From positions 1-64,000 of the forward strand of contig JAKMXF010000308.1 of the NCBI GenBank assembly GCA_024704765.1: a stretch of 64,000 nucleotides of DNA, in the 5' to 3' direction. The notes under the pieces are model-generated. The model worked only from the letters and a program-made list of their open reading frames with translations. It had not been told where the DNA came from and made no database searches. Positions 49,508 through 58,996 of the stretch are shown here, piece after piece. The stretch comes from Oopsacas minuta (lineage: Eukaryota > Animalia > Porifera). The translations under genes and the position numbers were made by a program. How positions within the stretch are numbered: position 1 is the first letter of the stretch; each line of letters opens with the position of its first letter.

Positions 49508-50686
49508 CTAGATCCTCAACGCTTGTTCACTCTGTTGGGACCTCCTCCGCTTGGTTGGCGGCTTCCCAGCAAGGTAGTTAGTCTGCCGCACCTCCACTAG
49601 GCCCTGCTCACGCTTGAGGGCTAGGAGGAACTTCCATATAGTGGGGTGATGGCAGCCGACAGTGGCATTGAAGCTGCGGTGCCATGCCTCTACGGCGTTG
49701 GTTGTACGGAGGAGTCCGAAGGGCGTGCTGAAGTGGTAGTTCCACAGGCCAATGGGGAACGTCGCCGCTACATGGTGTCCAGTGGCTAGCGTGCGACCGA
49801 TATACGTCCTCTCAAAGTAGTCGACTAGCTCGCCTATCTCAGACGTAAGGGGGAGGTCCATTGACACTTGCTCAAACAGATCGGGTACGTCTGCTGGTCG
49901 GGCGAATGCAAGGGCTGGTATCTTCCGGATGCGCATGGCCAGCTCTTCATCATGTGTGTAGTCAGACTGCACATGGCGCCAGATATTCTGTGTGAAGTGG
50001 AAGAAGCAGCACTTCACCACTGTGTTAGGCCAGACATGCTCAAAGCTGTTAATTGCGCCCTTCTCAAAGTCCAGGAGCATCTGTTCAGGCTGAGCGAGAG
50101 GACAGAGTATGCGGATCTGCTCCCACATCCTACGGTAGGTATCCTCTGTCTTGTTGGGCAGCAGCACGAACAGACTCGGCAACAGATGACCAGTCTTCAT
50201 AGGATCGTCTCCTCCTCGGAGTCCATGCACCACATACACCTGGGCGAAGAGGGGAGGCGCCGTCTTGAAGGTGCCATCAGCTAGCCAGATCTTGCTTTGC
50301 TGTAGCATCCCGAGGTTGCGTTGTGTCCCGAAGATGAGGAATCTATGTGCATCGTCTTCCCCAGGGTCATAGAGTAGGAACTGTTCTCCCTTGGCTGTCC
50401 GCTGGTATTCTGCAGGTAGAACCAACTCTGCTAGGGCGGTAGGCTGCACTGGAGCTGATAATACACTTGCACGCTGACGCTGTATCGTCCGCTTCAGGCT
50501 GTCCAGCTTAGGTAGTTTAGCAGCAGTACCCTCTGATGCTGTTAGCATACCCTCACCGATTATCTGGTGTGAGCTATCCTGTGTGTCTCGTGCTTTCCTC
50601 TTGATGCCGGCCTTTATCTCACAGCAGGCCGTAGCCTGCACATCAGGTACATGCAGATGCTCATTCGTACGCTTCACTATCTCCAT
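49508..50686 (-). pseudogene. MULE transposase copy 2, inverted; 5' region garbled and 3' frameshifted
   Basis: Near-identical protein to copy 1 over about 385 aa (A>V, E>K, P>L and three late changes). A 1-nt deletion near 49512 gives a premature stop. Homology degrades upstream of about 50710. Confidence 0.85.
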
Positions 50687-51891
50687 TCCCTTCGTATGAA
50701 CCCTTGCTTTCTCTTTCCCTCTCTCTCCATGCCAATGTGTTAAATCTCCTCTCTCCTACCTCTCTCCGCATTTCAATAATTCCTGACGGTGCAGCTACCA
50801 ATTGAAGTGGACAGTGGTCGAGATGTGGTAGCTGCACCCAAGTAGAACATAGTTTAGTTTTTAGTTTCTATTTGTTTTGTTTAGTTTCCTATTGTTATTA
50901 GATAAATGTTTAATTAATCAATTATATTTCTTGTAAATTACTTATTAATAATACAAGTAGTCATATTTAAACTGGGAAACTAGGGTTTATAAAGAGCTTT
51001 GGTTCAGTAATCTCGACAAAAGCAATGAAATATGAACTTAAAACATTTCTAATTGGCCATCTCTACATTGGCTGAGTCAGGCCTGGTTTCCCCCTAATAG
51101 CGTGATCGTAAACCGCAAGCGAAACTCGCTCGTTTATATAAAATATTGCGAACCTAAATAAAGCAAACATTACAAGACGCAGCTTAGTTGCATCGTATGT
51201 GGTGCCGGTGGGCGGTATACATATATAATCAATAAACAATGCTTTTAGTCAAAGGGGCAAAACCAACACAGGGCGTGCTGCACAGCACTTCGATAACCGT
51301 GCACATCTAGATCTCATTACGAGTATACATGCCAAATCTGGTCTTAACCCCTCCAAAGTCCAAAGGTGTCAACAAGCAAGTAATTTCAAGTGAACACACA
51401 CACATATATATATACAGTGGAACATCTGAATTACGGTCACCCTTGGATTCAGGTAAATGGCCGTAATTTCGGGGTTATCAATATAATTTGGTACTAATAA
51501 ATGGCTGGAAGTCGGAATTATGGGGTGTCTGTAATTCTGAAATAAATTAATGTTAATGTCTATTGGAAATTTGGAATTCAACCGGGACAAATAAGCGGGC
51601 TCCGAAAAACAGGTTTTAGCACTGAATCCGCCAGGACGCTAAAATTGTTTGAAACAAATGCAATAAGATCTAGCCAACTGCTCTTGACGCTATACCAGTT
51701 TGTAATACCTATTACATAATATTGTATATGTCATCCTCTAATAATATACTATGTATATTTTCGACCACAATCTAAATGAATCTATATAAGCTATTTAGTT
51801 AATCTATTTAGCAAATTCTACACAGCAACTGGTAAACCAATTTTATTTAAGATAGAATTAACCAAACGAATTCAGACAAGAAATTAGTTCA

Positions 51892-52099
51892 ATTATTTAG
51901 CCATTTAAAACCTGTTAAATTATTAACAAACATTGACCAATCAAAAGTGGAGCGAAATGTCGTGGAACGTTTTGTCGTGGAACGTTTTGTCGCTGGAACA
52001 TTTTGTCTGGAACATTTTGTCGTGGAACGTTTTGTCGCTGGAACATTTTGTCGCTGGAACATTTTGTCTGGAACATTTTGTCGTGGAACGTTTTGTCGG
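51892..52099 (-). repeat. Right terminal inverted repeat of the MULE with 9 repeat units
   Basis: (C)TGGAAC(G/A)TTTTGTC(G) x9 plus the same unique tail as the left TIR. Confidence 0.85.
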
Positions 52100-53215
52100 A
52101 CTTCCACTTTGCATTATTTGATATAAGGCCATATAAAATAATATACTTGTTTATCATCCCCGCCCGCCCCATTTAATCTCCCTCCTCGGCAATTTTTTTA
52201 ATTTTAATACATATATTCGCAGATGAGCATCTTCGAAACAAGCTAATTATTTAACACTAGCGCCCTTCGCTTGCTAGGTCGCTGAGCAGTGTGGCTAATC
52301 ATGTGATTTTTCGAAAATCCAAAAAGGTGCAATAGCATCATAATTTCGTCAGGTGTGAATTTTCGTCCAAGATTCAAACCTGTCCGAGTCAGGCCCATAT
52401 ACCCCTCCCTGTATGGCCAAAATCAGCCCTGGGGTGTGCACTACATTTTTATCATTATTATTTAAATTGTACAATAATACAGATTATAGAGAGGAAGTGA
52501 ATATTAGTTTTCCCATATACAGTGTAAGCTTAATATGAACACCAACGTACCGTACGGTTAAAATTTATCCACCTTTCCGGAGTTCATAAACCCGGAGTAA
52601 TATCCATTGAAGTACGGTTGTAGGGACCTGATTATGTACGAATATTGTTCGTCTTATCAGAAATTCGTATTAACGAGATAGTTTAAATAAATTAGTAAAA
52701 TTACACTAAGCAAAAAATAAAAATAAATTGCCACCCCCCGCCCCTATTTCGCAGAAAAAATGGATGAGAAACAAGTAATTTATTTTACATGGCCTAATAA
52801 TTGAATTTCTTGAATTTTTACTACCCTTGATTCTATTTCTAACAGGGACATTATCAGATGGTTATCAACCCACACATTTTGGTAGAAGTTGGATGACTTA
52901 ACTATGTGTGGGTACCGGGTACCCTTATCCTTTGCTCTATGAACTAAAAGTTTTTGTTATGATTTATGAAAGAATATTTTATTTGCCATTATTTCTGTTA
53001 ATTGTGATATAATTAAATTATAATTTGATGAATTATTTGAAATTTTTTATTTAATAGATTGCAATCTGCCAGATTTCATGCTCCATGATTGGTAATCAAC
53101 AACAACAAAAGTTGACATTACTTAACAGAATAATGAAAAGGAAATATATTTATTTTCTAACAAAACTATTTAATAGAGAAAGGGAAGAGGATACTCATGG
53201 TAGGATGGGCCATGG

Positions 53216-53668
53216 TTAAGTCATCCAACTTCTTCCAAAATGTGTGGGTTGATAAACATCTTGTCGGTAGTGATATTGCCTACCCAATGGCATTTGATGT
53301 GATCTAACAATCCTGTAATCAGCATAAAACTTCCGAAAATGATTGTTATAATAATCTAAGTCAATTTTATATGTGTATCTCTCCTTTAATAAAAGAATTC
53401 TCTGATTTTCTAAATGATTTATTTCTCTGTTGAGAGCTACTGACTCTAATTTCTTTCTATCGTAATATTTCTTATTTGACTCCCTTTTCTTAATCCTATC
53501 TCTTTCGTTTTTCATCCTTGTACGAAACACTATATCTGCAAATTTGGAATTCTTTATGTAAGTTAAAATCTCATTAAATAATGATAATGGTAGTTCTGCA
53601 ACATGTTTTTCAAATATTTTTAGCAAAATCTCACATTCCATTTCACGAAAATTTAGTAGTTGCTCCAT
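53216..53668 (-). CDS. Divergent CNC/Maf-like bZIP protein (150 aa)
   Basis: VAELPLSLFNEIL resembles the CNC/Maf extended-homology region. Basic region RDRIKKRESNKKYYDRKK is followed by heptad L/I residues. Confidence 0.6.
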   Translation of the reverse strand: MEQLLNFREMECEILLKIFEKHVAELPLSLFNEILTYIKNSKFADIVFRTRMKNERDRIKKRESNKKYYDRKKLESVALNREINHLENQRILLLKERYTYKIDLDYYNNHFRKFYADYRIVRSHQMPLGRQYHYRQDVYQPTHFGRSWMT

Positions 53669-54770
53669 GTGGTTAATCTATTTACAAATTACATTTTTTA
53701 AACATATTTATAGATTTAATGCAAGGATAAGATGTAAATTGGTTTCTTGGGATAACCATCTTGATAATGTCCCCCTGCTAGAAATAGAAACAAGGGTAGT
53801 AAAAAATTAAATAAAAATTCAAATATTATATCAAATTATGTAATTAAATATTGAAGTACAGCCTTCCTACTCAGTACTGAAACTTCTCAGAATTCATTAA
53901 TTGGTATAATAATAAATACAAACATATCCATTGATACATGTACGAATGGCTGATTAATTTTAAGGGAAGAATAATTGAGATATATTATAGCATATATTAA
54001 TTAAGACTTTCGTAATTCTGAATTGTTAATAGAATACATGATTTGAAGTGTGTTATATTTAGCAACAATAATATTATTTCAAATAAAAGGAATTATTATT
54101 TTAATAAACAAATCGTTTAATAATGTTGATGATTAGGACTAATAATTGTAACTTCTAATCAACTATTTTAATTTATCTCGTAAATCGTAAATCGGACTAG
54201 CTTCATACAAAAGAGGTATTAAATCATGTTACATAAACAGAATGTTACACTTCTGAGTGGTACTGATTTTTGATTGCTATTTAGTTTGTATATCCATCGA
54301 CTCTATAAAGATTGGTTATCTACTCCAATTACATGGTAGCTTTCTTTCGTGTAACATTTTGTTCATATAACGTAGTGCGAGAAACACCACTTCTATACTA
54401 ATATGTAATATTTCTTTGGTTCTTTGCCATAGTAACTTAATAAGATACAATATACCAAAGAAATGATAACTAATACAAAATACCTATCCTCTTTTGGGTA
54501 CTACATTTATCTGTGTGAATCTTACCAGAAATATATTCAAGGTAAATTCAGCGTTTTGGTTTATGACAAATTCGTAACTGAAATAATTAGGAAAACATTC
54601 CCATCCTCCTACCATCATGACTAGATACTATCTTCACTCAATTGCATCACGATTTTGACATTGATTCTCAAAATATTAAAAGATGGCACTTTATTAGTGT
54701 AAATATTTTTACACAAAACATTACATATGATGATTACAAAAATTACAATCCTACTACAAGAATATTAAAT

Positions 54771-55184
54771 TCACTCAGTTTCTCTTATAGCGGTCATATT
54801 ATTGTCCGATAATAACCGAGAAATGAAAAATATTTCTTGTCTCAATAGTTTCTTTTCTCGGATATAAAGTTCCCTCAATTTCCTTAAAACCCTCACATCT
54901 GCTTCTAGGCAAACCTCCTTGGTTTTCTTTCTCTCACAATAACTTCTTGCTGCTCTTCCCTTAACCTGCTTTGCTCTTAATAATCTCAGATTTGCTTCTT
55001 CCCTGTCAGTTATTCTATTCTCATCTATCATTGTTTGTATTTGTTTGTGAAATTCATTAATTGGTAAATCTTCATCTTTCAAACGTATCCCAATGGAATT
55101 ACACAAATTATTATTTTTTAACTTGGAAGACATAAAAATCTCAGTTTGTACTCGATTCATAATCTTTTGAAATGTATCCTTCAT
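54771..55184 (-). CDS. Divergent CNC/Maf-like bZIP protein (137 aa)
   Basis: EDLPINEFHKQI...LRLLRAKQVKGRAARSYCERKK...LEADVRVLRKLRELYIREKKLLRQEI. Confidence 0.65.
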   Translation of the reverse strand: MKDTFQKIMNRVQTEIFMSSKLKNNNLCNSIGIRLKDEDLPINEFHKQIQTMIDENRITDREEANLRLLRAKQVKGRAARSYCERKKTKEVCLEADVRVLRKLRELYIREKKLLRQEIFFISRLLSDNNMTAIRETE

Positions 55185-55881
55185 TTATACAAATTAATTA
55201 CAATACATTATTTGGGGATACTTTGACTTTACAATGGGAAATTTCAATATCGTAAATATTGCTATATTAGGTAACAATGTCCATATAAGGAATACGGTCC
55301 CGCACTTTCTCTTTATACTCTAAATCATTTTCCCACATGACTGATATCAGATCATTCAAAATGAGATGTTATCATTAAATCATTTCTCCCATTGTCTGCC
55401 TGGGGATAATTAGCCCTAATATACTCTCATTTCTTCATAAATTTATAAGTATAATTGACTTCAAAGCTTTGTGTAAATGATGATATTAAATGTAATTAAC
55501 CGAAATTGATTTGTAATTACATGGGGCCATTGAAGTTCATCTGGAGCACGAGTTTGACAGAAGGTCGCACAATTTCTGAGAATTATTAATATTTATATAT
55601 TTATCATTAGAAATACGCCCAATTAATACATTGTTATGTATAAAATAACTTTGAATATATTATACTCTAACTTACAGATCATATGGAATACAAACTTACT
55701 TAGTGCTTTTAATTTAAGAATGGATTTGTATGCATGTATGATATGTGCGTGTCTTAAATATACACAAATTTATTGCGACACAGTCAGTGTAAGTGGATAT
55801 AGTTACGATAAATAGTCTCAGTAGATTACATTCATTAGATATAAAATATTATCAAATCTTACTCATTTAATAAAACTGAAT

Positions 55882-56694
55882 ATGGAGACAAAATTAAGCA
55901 TTCCATTTACCTTCACTGTAACTACGTTCAATATCCTAGCTCCTATTTACAAGAGGCAGGGAGTAGTAAAGAGAGAATGTAATTATTTAGATATTTATAT
56001 GAAACGGAATATTGAGGTTCTTAAGGTATTGGCGGAAGTTGAGAACCCAGATGTAATTAGCTTGCAGGAACTTTGGTTAGATAAATCATTAATTGGGCTT
56101 TTCAATGATAAATATAGCGAAAAGTATAATTTTTATCATAGAACTCGTAGTTACCAGTCAGAAGGAATCGGCTTGTTTATCAACAAAAAATATAAAGTTG
56201 ATAAAGTGGCTGAGTTTAACCATCCTTACAGTGGTAGACCGTTTCTTTTCGCTTTCCTAAACGTTTGTGAAGGAAAACAGTTAATAATTTCAACTGTACA
56301 TCTAACATTCTGTGACGAGCAAGAACGTATAATGGAGATAGAAGTGATTATTGACACTCTAAAGGAGATGGTTAAGAGTCCACTTGTTTGTGGAATCATA
56401 TTCACTGGAGATTTCAATTCAACACGAGATAGTATTATAATTCAAAAGTTACTCGCAGCTGGCTTACAATCCAGCTACCAAGTGATCCATGGTCAAGAAC
56501 CTAAAATTACACATAGAGATCATAGAGGTATAGAATCTGCCTGTGATTTTGTATTTTTTCAGGCTCTCCGAGGGAGTGAGGTGAAACCAGTGCTGAGTCA
56601 AGTTCATCCAACCTGTTACTCCAGCGAGACATGGCCTGAAGAGTTTACAGCTTCAGATCATAGAATGATATCCACGGAATTCCATGTTCACTGA
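55882..56694 (+). CDS. Endonuclease/exonuclease/phosphatase (EEP) family hydrolase (270 aa)
   Basis: TFNILAP, DVISLQE, EGIGLF, STVHL, GDFNS, DFVFF and SDH catalytic motifs are all intact. Intronless. Confidence 0.9.
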   Translation: METKLSIPFTFTVTTFNILAPIYKRQGVVKRECNYLDIYMKRNIEVLKVLAEVENPDVISLQELWLDKSLIGLFNDKYSEKYNFYHRTRSYQSEGIGLFINKKYKVDKVAEFNHPYSGRPFLFAFLNVCEGKQLIISTVHLTFCDEQERIMEIEVIIDTLKEMVKSPLVCGIIFTGDFNSTRDSIIIQKLLAAGLQSSYQVIHGQEPKITHRDHRGIESACDFVFFQALRGSEVKPVLSQVHPTCYSSETWPEEFTASDHRMISTEFHVH

Positions 56695-57474
56695 TTTATT
56701 GATCAAAATGAATTGATATTTGTTGCATGTATGACATTTACGATGTTGTTAGAAAGAAATGTTTAAGATTTTGTTTTTAGAACTTTCCCAATACGTGGAA
56801 ATGATTTGTTATTCTTGTTAACCCATTAATTTAAGTAATTATGGTATTTCAGGTCTCACATTATTTCTTTGCACTTTTTAATAATAGTACCTGTTTGATT
56901 TGGATTCACCATGCTTTAAGCTTCAACACATATAACCATTATAATTTGATTATCCGATAATAATATAATCTATGTTATACAAAAGAAAATTAACATATTA
57001 TTGGAATTAATCAGCTATTCGTAATAATTCCTAATTAGTAATAACTAATTTGCATTCAAACTTATGATGAAGGGAAAATTTTGATCACCTCTTAAGAAGT
57101 AGCCCCTTTCTAACTTATTCTGATTCTATATTGCATAAATCTTATACGAACATTCGTTTATCTGTTTAAGTTTCAAGTTGTTTTGGGTTTTTCTATTTTA
57201 TTAGTTATCCCATATTAGGGTTTCTCAAACTGTGGTCATATGACCAAACTTGGGGAGAGGTTGATTTTTTATATAGATTTTGGTCAAGTTGAAGCTCCAT
57301 GATCAATTTGACCAAATAAGTAGACCTGGCTGTGGTTATGTTATGAAATTCTAAAAAGTCTGTCCATAACCCATAAGGATCTGGTTGTATCTATAGTTCT
57401 ATTTTTTCCTTGGTTAGTTAGCTACAATATACAATACCCTTTGGTTACCCAAACACCTCAGTCTTCTCAAAGTT

Positions 57475-58455
57475 TTGTGCTCACAGTTCAGGGAATTCTT
57501 TCGTTTAGAGACTAATAAATTTTCATCATACTGTTCGGATAACCGACCGTATTACAACATTCATATGAAGAAAGGAGTTTCAAGTCAAAAAGAGATATAT
57601 TCCTTTACAAACATTGAATTTAACGAGTTTCCTATTTCCGGAGGTATCTACACTTTTTGCCTACACACCACAGCGCTAATTATTGCTATATGCACTTGGC
57701 AACACTCTGGATACTTCAGTTATAATTACAATATTAAGATATATATATACTCTATAGACGGATACTTCATAACTCGGTTTTTATTCCCTTCAAAGAAATA
57801 TTTTCAAATGAAGATGTATCTTTATCTATCTGTTAACATGTTTCTTAGAATGGATTCAGATAAGGAAATAGTTCGATACAATGATTATAACGTGAAGAAT
57901 AGTATATCAACCAGATTCGATCTTTGTTCTGACTGTGATAAAGATGACAATATTTATATGTATAATTCCCATAAAAACCAGATATGTATATACTCACCCG
58001 ATTTGGAGTTTATTGACCAGTTCAGTATTATTAATGAGGACAAAGAATGTAATCCTATAGCTGTTCGGATACAAGATGAGAAATTGGTATTTTTGATGTA
58101 TGACCCTTGCCTTAATGGTAGTGTTAATATTTTTCTATTTTCTTTAACTAATAGAGAACTGCTTCAAACATTAGAACTTAACAAACGATACATCCCAAGC
58201 TATTCTAATTTATCCATTTGTTTTGTCCCTTTTGGAAATGTGCTCATTGGGAAATATGCTTATATTGAAAAAGTTGAGATAATTGTAGTTTGGTATCTGA
58301 GCGGAGGTTGTAATGTACGATACTATAAGTGTAAATCTAATCAACGAATGGGCGTATCAATCGGGTTAACAATGAGCCAAGATTTTAAGATAGTTCGTTC
58401 AACTGATATTGGATTTATTAGAGTATATAACCCGAATAGTTATATTGACAAATGA
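57475..58455 (+). CDS. Hypothetical beta-strand-rich (possibly NHL/propeller-like) protein
   Basis: 326-codon open frame with repeated short hydrophobic strands (ICIYSPDLEFIDQF, PIAVRIQDEKLVFL). The start is uncertain and it may be a decaying member of an expanded family. Confidence 0.45.
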   Translation: MCSQFREFFRLETNKFSSYCSDNRPYYNIHMKKGVSSQKEIYSFTNIEFNEFPISGGIYTFCLHTTALIIAICTWQHSGYFSYNYNIKIYIYSIDGYFITRFLFPSKKYFQMKMYLYLSVNMFLRMDSDKEIVRYNDYNVKNSISTRFDLCSDCDKDDNIYMYNSHKNQICIYSPDLEFIDQFSIINEDKECNPIAVRIQDEKLVFLMYDPCLNGSVNIFLFSLTNRELLQTLELNKRYIPSYSNLSICFVPFGNVLIGKYAYIEKVEIIVVWYLSGGCNVRYYKCKSNQRMGVSIGLTMSQDFKIVRSTDIGFIRVYNPNSYIDK

Positions 58456-58996
58456 TTGTATATTTGTATTTGAATATTATTTTTCATTTTATGTCAATCT
58501 ATACTGCATCGGATAAGATAATAGGTATATTGTGGGGTAGATAAGGCTGATAAATATTATCCGATATACTTTTTCGTAAATTCTGGGACGGTCCCAGGAT
58601 TTGCATAGCCGGGGCCAAGATTTTCAAATCCAGGACAAATGCCCCGTTTGCCCCCCCCCTGGGACCGCCACTGCGTACATTATTAATGACGTGATTGATT
58701 TTCATATATCATAAACTCGTGGGTATTAATAATGTTTTACTACAGGTATTTATTATTATTACAATTGCGTATCGCGAAACAAGAATTATTAGTTTATGCA
58801 ACTTAAGTATATGGCAATTAATTGATTAATTGATTAACGAACAAGAATACTTTACAATCCTATACTCCGCTACCCCTTTTCAATGAGAATAAATTCGTTT
58901 CTTTTACTAATATTGTTTCCATGACCCCATGAGTAAAAAATCGTTACAATTTTCTATATGAATTAGCCTGACAAATATTTTGTTAAATTACTTAGG

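Larger units (their letters stand above)
47415..52099. mobile_element. Mutator-like (FLYWCH-MULE) element with long TIRs and an internal inverted duplication of the transposase
   Basis: TIRs at both ends and two transposase ORFs tail-to-tail. No target-site duplication could be found at the apparent ends. Confidence 0.8.

Noticed and set aside
48502-50284. Two identical 138-aa antisense ORFs (48502-48918 and 49868-50284)
   Set aside because: Shadow frames of the duplicated transposase; their identity simply reflects the inverted duplication.
6388-51079. TGACGTCA (about 6388, 17008, 36137, 44248) and TGAGTCA (51073) as CRE/AP-1 sites linked to JNK and the bZIPs
   Set aside because: Short motifs, two of them in or at coding sequence, with no positional consistency; not distinguishable from chance.
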